A stretch of 64,000 bases of DNA from Chiloscyllium plagiosum (Eukaryota), in contig NC_057750.1 of assembly GCF_004010195.1 (NCBI RefSeq), forward strand, positions 12,189,144 to 12,253,143, written 5' to 3'. This document shows, one piece after another, positions 25,701 through 38,226 of this stretch. The notes below the pieces were generated by a model. It was not told the origin of the DNA. It saw only the letters and a program-made list of their open reading frames with translations, and ran no database searches. Position 1 is the stretch's first letter, and each line of letters opens with the position of its first letter. A program made the position numbers and the translations under genes.

Positions 25701-25799
25701 ATAGCTGCCTTCCTTTGTTCTACAGGGAATGCTGGGTCCCTCCACTTTTGCCAACTGACTTCACAGCCTTTCACTTGCATTTCCCAGTTTACTTCTGTC

Positions 25800-26365
25800 C
25801 CTGAAACCCACTGCAATATTTCCTATCCCTGGTCTCCCCTGAGTTCCCATCTGTTCAAGACATTCCCCATTCACAAGTCTTCCTGTCACTCCATGCTCCC
25901 TGTTTCCACTCTCCCTCTCTTCCAGGATACCATCTCCATTCCCACTCTCTTCTCAGGATCCCATTTCCATTCTCACTCTCTTCCCAGGAACCCATCTCCA
26001 CTATCCCTCTGTCTCCAAGACACCTCACATCTCAAGTCAAACACCCCTTCAAACCTCCAAACATCAGCATCACTCTCTCCACAAACCTCAGTTTACCTGT
26101 TCCTTCTCTGCCTGAGCCCTACATCTCTAGATATCACTCCTTTGCTGCCAAAACTTTCAGTCACCAGTCTCTCTCACTCCCTGAGCCTTCAATCCCCAAC
26201 TTCCAACGTCTACCCTGAGCCTCCAATGCCGAGCTCATTTCCCCACTCACCCTTCTCACCTCAAGCCCCTCTTTCTTCAGTGTCCATAATCTGTTCCTGT
26301 CTTGCTCATTCCAAGCCCCCCCATTCCCAATTGCCCCTCTCCCAACCCAGTCTCCCCAACACCAA
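25800..26365. repeat. Pyrimidine-rich low-complexity tract
   Basis: C/T bias; the Ser/Pro-rich ORF 25893..26387 is compositional. Confidence 0.65.
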
Positions 26366-26860
26366 AGATTGGGTTTGTCCTTTTTAAAAGTCATTGTGAG
26401 TCAGGGTGATTTCTGAGTCCTGACACTGTCCTTTTGAACAGCATGCCACTGGTATGATCTTCACAGAAGGAAACTGCCTAATTGGCTGCTTCTTGGACTA
26501 TCTTCTAATTAAAGATGGTGGGCTGGACCCTGACGCTGCTGTCCCAATCACAGGTCCCAGAACTTTAGCAGGATGGCAGCGCCACCCACATTAATGCACA
26601 CTTCCATTGTCGAGTAGCAGCAATGAGGCCACCTCCAGCTTGAAGTACCCTGCTGGATCATCCAGGTGAGGAGAAAGGCTGAGTAAGCACTGTGGTCCTA
26701 GCTGTGGCCCACAGCTTTCTGCTGCTGTGACAGATCATGGACCTACGAATTGAATGGTTTCTACTTAGCGTGGCTGCTTCATCATGACATTAAGCTGTTA
26801 TCTGCAACAAATCAGCAGTAATTAATAGTTAAGAGATTCCTGTTAGAGAAATTTGAGGAA

Positions 26861-27200
26861 AGGCATGGTGGCTCAGTGGTTAACACTGCTGCCTCCCAGC
26901 GCCAGGGATCTGGATTCAATTCCAGCCTCGGGCAATTATCTGTGTGGCGTTTTCACATTCTCCCCGTGTCTGCTTGGGTTTCCTCCGGGTGCTCTGGTTT
27001 CCTCCCACAATCCAAAGATGTGCAAATTGGGTGAATTGGCCATACTAAATTGCCCATAGTGTGCAGGGATGTGTAGGTTAGGTGCATTAGTCAGGGGAAA
27101 TGTAGGGTAATGGATCTGGGTGGAATACTCTTCGAAGGGGCGGTGTGGACTAGTTGGGCCAAAAGGCCTGTTTCCACACAGTAGGAATTTTAATTCTAAT
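26861..27200 (+). mobile_element. HE1-type V-SINE
   Basis: tggctcagtgg A box, V-domain, and CR1-like tail ggcctgtttccacacagtagg. Confidence 0.9.
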
Positions 27201-27599
27201 ATGCGACTGTGCATTTTGGAATGTTTCCAATATTGGCTGATCAGGGGTATAAGTTGATGCAGAGTTCATTACACCATCCTGTAATAAGTAAGCAATGGTG
27301 TACCTTTCAAAATCAGTCCTATAAAAAATCCCTTTGATTTCCCTGAAGAATAATTAGTGGAAATGGATGGTTGTGCTTTACTCTCTTCTCTTAAAGTGGA
27401 TGAAACTCAGTTCAATAGCCAACCTTCAACAGGAACATTAATTTATACAACAGGGGCTACCTGCTAATGCAACTGGTCTAGTCATCCACCGGACAAGGTT
27501 AATTCGCTGGTGGCATGATTTCAAATCCTATCATGGGAACTGGTGGAATTTTTATGTTTAAATTTATATTTATAACAAGAGTCCATGATGGTAGTTTTT

Positions 27600-28200
27600 T
27601 TAAGCAAGGTTCTCGTGATACTATTGCCAGCCTATTAATCCAGACACCAAGGTAATGTTCTGGGGACCCAGGTTCAAATGGCTGATGGTGGAATTTGAAT
27701 TCAGTTTAAAATAAAATCTGGAATTAAGAGTTTAATAATGACCATAAAACCGTTGTCAATTGTTGGAAAAAACGATCCGGTTTACTAATATCCTGTAGGG
27801 AAAAACATCTACTATTCTGTAGGGAAGGAAACTGCTGTCTTTATCTGTTCTAGTCCACATGTGACTCCAGACCAACAAGAATATGACTGGGCAATGAGGG
27901 ATGGGCAATAGATGCTGGCATAACTAACAACATCCATACCATATGAATGGAATTCTAATGAAAACTATGGCAACTTTCTTTGGTTATTGCAAAAATTCAT
28001 CCAGTTTGCTAGTGTCCTCCAGAGACAGAAATCTGCTGTCCTTACTGGGTCTACCCTCTACATGACTCCATTCCCACAGAAATGCGGATTGGCATTGTGA
28101 AAATTTCTGTAGTGGTGTTGTAAGTCATCTAGTTCAGGGGAAGTTGGGTATGGGCAGGAAATACTAGCCTTGCAAGTGACATTTACATCCCATGAAAGAA
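27600..28200 (+). mobile_element. Two adjacent copies of the tRNA-headed SINE-like element
   Basis: ggggacccaggttcaaat, catgtgactccagacc, gggatgggcaata; body and tail are repeated at 27960-28200. Confidence 0.65.
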
Positions 28201-28408
28201 TTACTGGAAAAATATTAGTAAAATATGTGAATTAGTTGGCAAGTTGATTGGCCCAGGTGTTGTGTCTTTTTGCACTAAAGAAAGGTGTCAGGGATGATCA
28301 CTTCCTGCCGTATTTTCCATGGCAGCAACTTGACAAATCAGAGTTGGCTTACCAACCAGTTAGCATGCTTTTATCTTGCAGTACAAACTGTTGCTCCCTT
28401 TGAAATTT

Positions 28409-28590
28409 AAAAATCACACAACACCAGGTTAGAGTCCAACAAGTTTAATTGGAAGCACTAGCTTTCGGAGCACCGGTCCTTCATCAGGCGCTCTGAAAGC
28501 TAGTGCTTCCAACTAAACTTGTTGGACTGTAACCTGGTGTTGTGTGATTTTTAACTTTGTACACCACAGTCCAACATCAGCATCTCCAAA
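28409..28590. mobile_element. Fold-back PLE cassette (second family) nested in an older PLE-derived repeat (about 28310-28650)
   Basis: Arms 28409-28470 and 28490-28552 are inverted. TSD cctttgaaattt (28397-28408) / cctttaaaattt (28591-28602). The host repeat has tgtcCTGATGA..GAAAagcttt-gaca at 28617-28650. Confidence 0.85.
28453..28493 (-). ncRNA. Minimal hammerhead ribozyme motif (second family)
   Basis: Minus strand: gagcgc-CTGATGA-A-GGA-ccggtgc-TCC-GAAA-GCTA-gtgctt. Palindromic AGCU helix III, CUA triplet, and flanks that can pair as helix I. Confidence 0.65.
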
Positions 28591-29089
28591 CCTTTAAAAT
28601 TTGACATTCTTGCATCTGTCCTGATGAGAATAAGAAGAAAAGCTTTGACAATCTACTTTTTTTTTAAACGTTCAAATTTCTTTCTGTTCGCAGAAAACTG
28701 AATTTTAATGGGTGAACTCCCATTGGCTCTGGTGCTGTACATTTGCTTTGTTTCAGTGGTCACTTCCCTCCATACCCTGGGTCCTGCTGTCTCTTTAACA
28801 AGGCGGTCATGACTGTTGCTCCAGCTTTGCTGCTGGTCCTCTGCAGGCAGCCCTTGCCTTGCTGAGGTCATGAATCACCTCCAAGCTGATCTCTGGCTCC
28901 ATTATGCCGTTTGCATTTCAAAATTGAACTCGGAATCCATCCGAGTGTTGAGTTTCGGACCCTAGTTTGAAAATCTGGCTCAGTGTTTCAAGCCCCTGAG
29001 TTATCAGTTTGGGCTTGAGGATTGGGAGTCCGAAAGGGGTCCTCATAGGATTTCCCGCTTCTGCAATGACAATTGGGCCTAAGTTAAAT

Positions 29090-29760
29090 GCAAACATATG
29101 AATTAGGAGCCAAGGCCTCTCAAACCTGATGCACTATTATGGCTGATCTGTTCATGTTTCAATTCGACACCCCCAACCAACCCTATTAAATTTAGATTCT
29201 CCTTAAATAAGAGAATCAATCTATTTTTGCTTTAAGTATATTCAGGATTCTGCTTCCACTATCTTCTCAGGAAGCAGTGGCTATAATATAGTTAGATTTT
29301 CAGAAGGTATTTGATAAGATGCCACACATTAGGCTAGTTAATAAGACACAAGTCCATGGTGTTGGAGGTAGTATATTAGCATGGATAGAGAACTGGCTAA
29401 TTACTAGAAAACACAGTATTGGGATAAGGATTTTTAACCAGTAAGGGAATCAAGGGATATGGGGAAAAGGCATGAAAGTGGAGTTGAGGGTTATCACATG
29501 AGACAGGATCTCATTGACTGGCAGAGTGGAGTCGATGGACTGAACAGTCTAGTCCTGCTCCTCTTTCTTATGGAGAGTTCCAAAGTTGCATAAACCTCTG
29601 AGAGAAAAGAAGTTCTCAGCTTTACTAAAGGGGCAATCCCTTGATTTTAAAATGGTTCACCTGGTCTGGACTCACCCACAAGAGGAAACTTCCTTTCCTT
29701 TTCAAGCCCGTGTCAAGGCCATCCAGGATCTTATACACTTCCATCGAGTCACCATTCACT
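29090..29760. mobile_element. Cluster of short CR1 fragments on both strands
   Basis: tagattttcagaaggtatttgataagatgccacac (LDFQKVFDKMPH) on the + strand; CR1-type tails on both strands. Confidence 0.65.
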
Positions 29761-30448
29761 GTGATGGCTCTTGCATATTGAAGCCGTGGAGAGTACTTTC
29801 AGTAGCAGTATGGCACAGAGTCAATTATACAGTAGCATAGAGTGGCTGAGTCTTTGTAAATAAGAATTTGCAGTTTATAGCTATATTAATATTGAATATA
29901 TCATTCATCATATCAATTATTAAAGCCCAGAGGAGACACTAAATACCCTGTGCTCAGTTGTTTGAGAATGTTAGATGCTGTTTCCCATCTAATGAAAGTG
30001 TAATGAGCTGAATATGTTGTTGTGTCATGATGAGAGCAAAATACAGCGGATGCTGAAATTTGAACTATAAATCTAAAATATGTTGTTATATCAAATTACT
30101 TTAACACTGGTGTAATTGTTCAGTCCTGAACAGTGCCCAGCTGAGACGTTGGTATGCTAGACCAGTGCCTGTTACTCTACAGTGGGTGAGGGGAGGAGAT
30201 GCAACTTTGACTTTGGGTGACCAGTCGGCACACAGATGTATTCCTGGAAGTTTTTTGTATGACTTTGATCGTGTGATAGTGCTGTCACTGTTCGTTTGCC
30301 TTTGAATGCTTGTATCTCGCCCCCAGGAACTACGTTCAATAAGGGTCTCCAAGAAGGCCCCCAAGGTGGAACACCCAGACCTCTCCGGTAAAGAGGGGGA
30401 CATCTGCTGACAAGAATGGGCATACTTTGCCTGCTTCTCACCATCACC

Positions 30449-30768
30449 GGGGTGGCACAGTGGTCAGTGGTTAGCACTGCTGCCTCACAGCACTAGGATC
30501 CCAGGTTCGATTCCAGCCTTGGCAACAGTATGTGTGGAGTTTGCACATTCTCTCTGTGTCTGCATGGGTTTCCTCTGGGTGCTCCGGTTTCCTCCCACAG
30601 TCCAAAGATGTGCAGGTCAGTTGAATTGGCCATGCTAAATTGCCCATAGTGTTAGCTGCATTAGTCAGAGGAAAATAGGTCTGGGTGGGTTACACTTTGG
30701 AGGGTCGGTGTGGACTTGTTGAGCCAAAGGGCCTGTTTCCACACAGTAGGGAATCTAATTTAATCTAA
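30449..30768 (+). mobile_element. HE1-type V-SINE
   Basis: B box ggttcgattcc, V-domain, AATCT tail. Confidence 0.9.
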
Positions 30769-30805
30769 GCTCACCGCTCCAAGACAATGAAGTTGCCTCT
30801 GCCAT

Positions 30806-31020
30806 AGGGGGTCAGTTTGCTTAGCTGGCCGGACAGCTGGTTTATGATGCAGCATGGTGGGTTCAATTTCCACACTGGCTGAGGTTGCTATGAAAGACTC
30901 TCCTCAATTTCACCCCTCACCTGAGGCATGGTGACCCTCAGGTTAAACCTGCACCAGTTGCTTCTCTAATAAGAAAGCAACTCTATGATCTGTAGGACGA
31001 TGGCAACTTTACCTTTACCT
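30806..31020 (+). mobile_element. Unclassified tRNA-derived SINE
   Basis: A-box-like ttgcttagctgg, B-box-like gggttcaatttcc, (CTTTAC)-type tail. Confidence 0.5.
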
Positions 31021-31214
31021 CTGCCATTGGCAAGTTGGGCTCTTTGATCAGCCCTCTCATAATGAAGACTGGTATTGATAGATTTCCAGGTATTAAAATC
31101 ATCAAGGGATATGGGAAAAGTGTGGGAAAATGGCTTTCAGGTTGAATGGCGGAGCAGGTTTGAGGGGCTGAATAACCCCTGCTCCTATTCCTTATGTTCC
31201 TTTGTATGGAATTC

Positions 31215-31560
31215 TGATATGAGGAAGACCAAGGAAGCACATCAAAGACTCCCTGAAGGCTTATCTCAAGAAATGCAAATAGGTGTCAACACCTGGGAGA
31301 CCCTTGCTGTGAAGAATCCGAATTGGAGGAAGCTCCTACATGAAAAGACATATTTCTTCGAGAACACCTGTCAGCAAAAGGAACCATGGAAAGAAACCTG
31401 AGAAAGGAGTGCCAGTGATATCGAGGCCAGAGACCAATTCTACATCCCGGAAACACCTGCCGACTATGTGGGCGGAGGTGCACTTCCAGAATCAGGCCCC
31501 TCAACCACGCAACGACCCACAGAACCCATGACCAGTGACACAGAATTTAGCGAGTTATTG
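31215..31560 (+). mobile_element. RTE-clade LINE 3' fragment
   Basis: RKHIKDSLKAYLKKC / IGVNTWETLAVKNPNWRKLLHE and a terminal C-x2-C GRRCTSRI motif, as in RTE C-termini. Confidence 0.65.
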
Positions 31561-33989
31561 CCGATGATGGTTCTCTACTGGTTTCAGGGATGCTCGACAG
31601 CTGGCTTTCCAGGTACAAGCTGTGTTATGTGGACACTTGAAGTGCTAAAGGTATGAGCAAGGACAATGGAACTGATCAGGTTGCTTCACTGAGACCCGCC
31701 ATGGACTCAAAGGCTGAATGAGCTCCTTTTGTAAATGACTCTGAGTGAGATTAGGCTGGAAGAGGATGGCTACAAGCAGTGACTGGTAATTGATAGTCAG
31801 GAAAAAAGGGACAGACACCAACATCTAATTCAAATTGTTGTCATGCTGATCACTGCTGCCCCACTGATCAAACATAACATTGAGCTGTACTAACTCCCCA
31901 TCAAAGAATACTACCTCCATGACAAATTGTTTCCAATTTTGAATAAAGCAGTTTGAAATCCATCTTTGACCTTCCAAAGCTCATCTATAAATCAAAAGAT
32001 AAGAAAGCCAACAAAACATTCTCATTTGTTTGCAGTTATTGCTTATTAATTATAATCTTAATTCATGAACCTCTCACACTTGCACTGAAATTGCTTATAT
32101 TTGTTAACTATGACATTGAATAATAATTTGCTTCTCATGCCAATACATTAAGCGAGTTAGTGGCTTGGTTATGGCTGAAAAACTGCATACACACTCCCAA
32201 AGGTTAACATTTCCCAGTGATTTATAGAAAATCAAACTATGCTGAGTTCTTGAATGAGGCAGAATTGATTGTTGTTCAATTGCATTTGATCATTTTATTT
32301 TTGTTTTATTTTGTTTTGTGTTTTTCAACATCATTGTACATTTTGACATTATGACGATGAATGCTTCAAAGCTGCCCCTCACCCTCTACTCTGTAGTCAC
32401 TGTTTCACACTGACTTGTTGAATAAGGTAATAGGTCTGAAATGGTTAATAATGGAGACTATATCAAGCTCCCCCCCCCCCCTCCGTCTAATGAAGTAATA
32501 ATAACTTGGGTGGGAAAGACAGAATGTCTTGGGAGGAGAATATATATTCCCCCAATAGTCTTGTTAACAATGTTTAACTTACAGATGTCATTTGTATCTG
32601 ATTGCTGTCATACAAAAACCATATTTTCCTTAAGACAAGAACCTCTTCTTGTTCAGACTCACCACTGATGCATCTTCCAAATAGGCCCTTAACCAAGGAG
32701 GTCCTTAAAAAAATGCAGAAGAGAGGATTGTGGTGGCATTCCACTGGTAGTGCTTGGTACTGTAGTACACACAACATGGTAATTGGTGGTGATTGCTTAA
32801 GTACCTCTCATAACAACACTGGAAAAAATCCAGGAAAAAGTTTAGAACAAGATGAATTTGATACTAAGAGCATTACAACTTTAAGAAAAATCAGTCAGTC
32901 AGCTATAGGAAGTGCTTGAACAGACAAGTAATTACAGAAATGATGGAAGAGCAGCTGGGCAAAAGTAGTGCTCCAGGGTAAAACCTTCACCTTAGAGCCA
33001 TGAGGAGGTATAGGAAAACCAGTGTGGGCTAGGAAGAGGAAAAAAAAGAACTGGTCAAACATGACAATTATAGAGTTCTTGAAGAAGGATATGTAGGGAC
33101 AGCTTTGATTCAGTGTTCAGCTGGAAAGCAATTGTTTTGAAGCTCGGTGAATAAAGTTATAAACCCCTATAGTGAAGGGGATCAAACTGATGGGGCAAAG
33201 GTCCAGGCTGGGAAGGATAAAGGAAAAATAATGGAATGCTCACCATTCACAGTACTGGCTAACAGCAACTGTACACCATGAGGCACAATAGTGAAGTCAA
33301 GGGCCATTAAATAAAATTTATACCAAGGCATCAGCATTGGGAATATCATGAAACAGATCGAAGACAACAAAAGGGTGATTTCAATGATTTACAAGGCTGA
33401 GTCTGACAGAGGATGATTGAAGAATTTCAAGACTGTGATAATATCAGGAGATACATAATTTAAACTGTGGATTTGGCAAGATGATATGTTAAGGCTACAG
33501 CCACAGACGTTTATTTGGAACATTTTGGAAAGGAGCATTTGTTGTGCATCTGGCTGTGAATGGTGGGAAAGCATCCATTTTGCACATGAAGATGTCAAAG
33601 CCCTACATCAAGGTTGGAAAATGTGGGAATACCTCCCTTTAGGCAAAACACCTCCAAATGGAATCCACCATTTGATGGTAATACAGCAGGAATCCTGTCC
33701 CCCCCCCACCCCCCCGTTCCCCCCACCAGTCAGCAGTACAGAATTAAAGTTTGCTATCTAACAAAGCTTAAGCTTAAAATCAGTGAAATATTGCAGCATA
33801 CAAAACCAGAAGTAAATAGCATAGCATTACTGAAATGGATACTAAAATATTGAGGAGACGCTAAAACAAAGACATTCAGGAGATATTGCAAGATTAAAAG
33901 TTAGAAGAATGCAGACAACATTGAGATGCTGGAAACTTAAATCAGCTTTGAAATATTAAGAATAAATAGCCACACTCGAGGAAAAATTG

Positions 33990-34930
33990 GCGGGAAGAAT
34001 AATTTTACCTCAAAGATTTAACTTTGGCCTCAGAGATGGGCCAAGCAAATAACAGGATTACACATCTTAAAGAAAACAGCTCTTAATATATAGAATTGCT
34101 TTGAAATTTAAAAACTAAATCTCAAGCTGAATAAGCAAATTGTATTCATTATCACTGACAGCTAGGTTATAAACCACCATAGTATGGAGGAAGGAATAGA
34201 TACTCTTGAAAGAAATTCTGACACCTTTAGATAATTACTTTAATCTGAGAACAAGGAAAAATCTTGAAAGCACAAGATTTTAACAGAATAGTTGATAGAT
34301 AATTTCATTTCTACAGATTAGTGGAAAACTGATTATGAAGGTTTGAAATGAGAATTCATAAAAGATTGAATTGTTGCTGGAATTATTGACAGGTTTTTGT
34401 CAGATGTATTACAATCCAAAGAAGATTTAACTATAGAGAAAGCTATTCAAATGATGCTGGAAGCAGAAACCAAGAAGACTCTCAGAGTTCTAAGAGGAGA
34501 TGGGCAACCTTACCACATCAGAACAACAGAATCTATTTTCTTTAAAAGGTATAAATACTCTATGGACAAACATGAAAGGCCAACACAAAATGTAGGCAAA
34601 AACAGCAGATACTAACATTCATTGTCAGTGCCATGGAACAAGAATGTTTTCCAGGCATGAGCAGTGTCCAGCTATGACAAAACGATACTAAACCTATAAA
34701 GATCTATGCCACTTCCAAAAGATTTGTGGTAATAAAAGCCTATTTCAGAGTAGTAAAAAAAAACAAATACCCATACAGAGATGTTCATGTGATAGAGCAA
34801 CTGCACTAGAAAAGAAACCCAAAGCATACCTAGGGGAAACTGGTGAGTCAACAGACTTGAATTTGACCGAACTTCTTTGTATCAATGGACAGCTCATTAG
34901 TTTTAAGCTTGATATTGGATGCTTGATGTG
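33990..34930 (+). mobile_element. Ty3/Gypsy LTR retrotransposon gag-protease relic
   Basis: EFIKD*IVAGIIDRFLSDVLQSKEDLTIEKAIQM (gag), decayed Zn-knuckle HEQCPAMTKRY*TYKDLCHFQKIC, and protease-like INGQLISFKLDIG at about 34880-34920. Confidence 0.75.
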
Positions 34931-34934
34931 GACT

Positions 34935-35120
34935 GGTAATGTCAGGAGGCCAAGGTTCAAGTCCCACCTGCTTCAGATGTGTGCCTGAATGGGTTTATTA
35001 AAATAATTGGGCCTCTTGTGTCAAGGTAGTGTCCCTACCTCTGGGGGAGGAGTCCAATGTTTAAGTTTCATCTGTGCCAGGGAGTGGTAATGGGATGTCT
35101 GAACAGGTTGTTTAGAAAAT
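34935..35120 (+). mobile_element. Two tandem short tRNA-derived SINE fragments
   Basis: ggttcaagtcccacctgct B box; second copy ggtagtgtccctacctctg..tctgaacaggttg. Confidence 0.5.
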
Positions 35121-35329
35121 ATCTACAGAGAAGGATTGTGCCCCACCAAATGATATTTAACCTGGTTAACGTTCATCTTTAAAGGAGTAGAATGGAGGAT
35201 TGGTGACGATACTTTACTGCAGACACTGGCTTGTAGTAGCTGGTCCTGCAGCACATTTGACATGACCCTTAATATTTGAAATATCCTATTGCCCCTAAAT
35301 GATGATTCCACATTAAGACTCCCTCCCTG

Positions 35330-35785
35330 ACTGTCCCATACTGTCTACTCCTCACTCTCTGTCATGTCTCACCAAAGTTCCTCATGAGGATCTCTCACTC
35401 TTTATCACTTACAAGCCATCTCCCACTAATGCATTGTCTGAGTTGAGATGCCACTTTTTGTTATAAAACCTTAAGTTACTTCAGGACTGGGACTTGAAAG
35501 AAATTCTGGGATTTACATATTAATCATTTGAAACCGGCATCTCCATTCTATGTGATTAAAGTCTGAACAGCAATCTAGGTTTGTTCAATACATTGCATCA
35601 ATTGTATGACATTTTGATCTTTTACTATAAATTCTGTGTTCTATAATCCTGCCCCACTAGTTACCTGATAAAGGAGTGGCGTTCCAAAAATTTGTACTTC
35701 CAAATAAACCTGTTGGACTATAACTTGGTTATGTGTGATTTTTAACTTCATCCACCCCAGTCCAACACCGGCTCCTCCAAATCAA
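35330..35785 (+). mobile_element. Penelope-like 3' end (same family as 28409-28590)
   Basis: cctgataaaggagtggcgttccaaaaa (decayed hammerhead) followed by ttccaaataaacctgttggactataac..ccagtccaacacc. Confidence 0.7.
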
Positions 35786-35954
35786 TGGTTGTAACAATAT
35801 TATATCAATATAAGCTTTTCTTTCTTGTCTATGTTTAGATTATTCTGTATTACGCGAGGTGTAAATAGTTTTCAAATCTGATGTTTCCTTTCGGTGAATT
35901 TGGCACCTTCCATTATTTCAGGAGATGCTAACATGTTTTATAACCAATTAACTA

Positions 35955-36310
35955 GAGTCACTATTGTAATGTAGGAACATGCCAGCCAATACACAACCAT
36001 ATTTCAGTCCAACAAAGAAAAATTTGAGAATGACCCAAATATTCTTTTTCTAAATGTTAGGTTGAGGGGTAAATATTGGTCAGATCTGCAAGAAGAACTC
36101 TGCTACTCTTTTTTGAAAGAAGTACCATGGGATTTCTTATATCCACCAGAGAGGCTCTCAGTTTATCATCTGAAAGATGGCATCTCTGACAATGCAGCCC
36201 TCAGTAGTTTGCTGAGCTATCGTCCTGGATTTATACTCAATTCTCTCTTATAGAGCTTGAAGTCAGGATTCACTGACTTGGAGACTGAAGAGCTTTGCAC
36301 ACTGAACCAA
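35955..36310 (-). mobile_element. DeuSINE (SacSINE1-like)
   Basis: gttgaggggtaaatattgg, agtaccatgggatttctt and ctgaaagatggcatctctgacaatgcagc are the reverse of the Deu domain. Confidence 0.65.
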
Positions 36311-36356
36311 GGCAATGTGATGTGTCAGCACCAGTGCCAGATGTGTGGTGGATGTA

Positions 36357-38226
36357 CAGACCAACCTCAATTATCCGAACATCAGTTATCCGAATTTCAG
36401 ATTATATGAACAAGATCTCAAGGTCCCATAAAAATGTTACATCAAAGAGGTGCTACCAACGCTGGTGCGACGTTCGCGCCTTTAGTTTACAATGATTACA
36501 AGTGAATTCAGATTACCTGTACTGAAAAACAGGTGAAAATATTACATCAAAGAGGTGTTACCGACACTGGTGCGATGATCGTGTCTTTCGTTTACAGTTC
36601 TCTAGTTTGATCTCAGTCGGTCACTTCAAACAGTGTTAAAATAATTTTAACATATAAAACTGACTGATTATCACAGCATTGGGCAACTCAGCATTCTTGG
36701 AGAAGTCCGTGGATGACAGCACTGTCAAAAAATTCAGACAGAAACTACAATCTATCATCCGTGAAGAAAATTATGAACTTGAACAATTGTACAATGCTGA
36801 TGAAAGTGGATTGTTTTTGGCATGCATTGCTGGACAAAACACTTATGTCCACTGAGGGAAAGCAGGTACCAGGACATAAAGTGCAGAAGGATCACATTAC
36901 AATTTTCCCTTGCATCAATGCCATCGGTATTCATAAATTACCGCTTATCTGCATCGGGTGTTATTCTAATCCACATTACTTCAAGAACTGTGACAAGAAC
37001 TTGTTTTCCAAGAAGTACAAATCACAAAACAAGGCATGGATGACATATGACTTGTTTCATCCTGGTTTCAGGAAAAATTTGTACCTGCCGTCAGATTACA
37101 TTTAGCAAGTGTTGGACTCGAGCAACGCGCCCATCTGCTTGTTGGCAACGTAGGGTTACAGACTATGAAAGGCAGCCAATTAAACATGAATTTGGATCAC
37201 CTGTACTGAAGAACATGTGGCAACATTACATCAAAGAGGTGTTACCAACAGATGGAGCTGTCAAGTGTTTGTTTTTACCACCAAACACCACTTCAAAGTT
37301 ACAGTTGCTCAATCAGAGAATCATCGCAATAATGAAGAAATATTATCGCCGTAACATATTGCGTGCCATCATTGATGAAGACAATGCAGACAAAGCATTG
37401 CCACAAATTATCAAGTCATTCACAGTCAAGAATTCTTTGTTCATGATCACTGAATCTTGGGACCGCATCAAGCCATCAATAGTCATGGAGTATTGGTACA
37501 ATGGCTTGCATGTTGGTAGCCGTGACAGTGAAGAGGACACCCGTCCAGATCAAAGGGTAACCACTGAAATCACTGAGAACTGCAGACAGTTGGGATTACG
37601 AGACTTCGTAGAGGCTGAGATCAATGCTTGGATAAACTGTGACAACAACATCAGAACAGAGATTCTCACTGATGATCAGATTATCAACATAGTCATGGAA
37701 GAACAGCGGGAAAGTATGAACCCTGTGGATGGTAAGGACAATCAGGTATTGACACCTCCTCCAGTCCCCATTAACAAAGCTATCGAGGGTTTGCGACTTT
37801 TCATAGAGTGGTGTGAAGCACAAGATGAAGTCGATGCCAATAAGTTGATGCATATTCGCCAAATGTTATCGTTCGCAAAAACAAAGAAACACAAGCACCT
37901 CAAGCAATAGCGATTGGATATTTTCTTTGAAAAATAATAATTGACCTCCACCTCAATGAATTTTATTTACACAAGAAGTTTTATTTGTAAAATATTGTGA
38001 ATTTTCAAGCAATATCCAGTGTTTATACACATTTTATCAATTGGATGAATTAAAAACTCTGTAAACATGCTTTTTCACATAATTATGTTCAATATGGCTT
38101 CCTTTGTTTACGATCAGATCAGTTATCCAAACATTCAGTTATCCAAACATTCAGTTATCCAAACAATCAGTTATCTGAACAAAATACTTCCCGCACGTCT
38201 CGGTTGGATAATCAAGGGTTGTTCTG
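36357..38226 (+). mobile_element. Tigger/pogo-family (Tc1-mariner superfamily) DNA transposon, internally deleted
   Basis: TA at 36355-36356 and 38227-38228. Left TIR CAGACCAACCTCAATTATCCGAAC; the right end read inward is CAGAACAACCCTTGATTATCCAAC. Subterminal cagttatcc(g/a)aac repeats occur at both ends. Confidence 0.92.
36690..37940 (+). pseudogene. Frameshifted pogo/Tigger DDE_1 transposase lacking the N-terminal CENP-B HTH
   Basis: Across frames: EQLYNADESGLF, GHKVQKDHITIFPCINAIGIHKLPLICIG, SQNKAWMT, WFQEKFVPAV..LLVGN, CLFLPPNTTSKLQLLNQRII. Catalytic Asp positions are mutated (DN to GN, PLDQG to LLNQR). Confidence 0.88.

Noticed and set aside
28708..28812. Short signal-peptide-like frame MGELPLALVLYICFVSVVTSLHTLGPAVSLTRRS* after an acceptor-like ttcgcag
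   Set aside because: It stops after 34 codons with no canonical donor and shows no family resemblance; hydrophobic runs arise by chance in T-rich DNA.
37047..37910. 287-aa ORF as a domesticated TIGD/Jerky-like gene
   Set aside because: It lies inside TIRs with a TA duplication, is frameshifted upstream, lacks the DNA-binding domain and has mutated catalytic residues, so it is a transposon fossil.
38119..38180. Short direct-repeat array superficially like CRISPR
   Set aside because: These are head-to-tail 16-bp units without spacers, in a eukaryotic context, and are subterminal repeats of the Tigger element.
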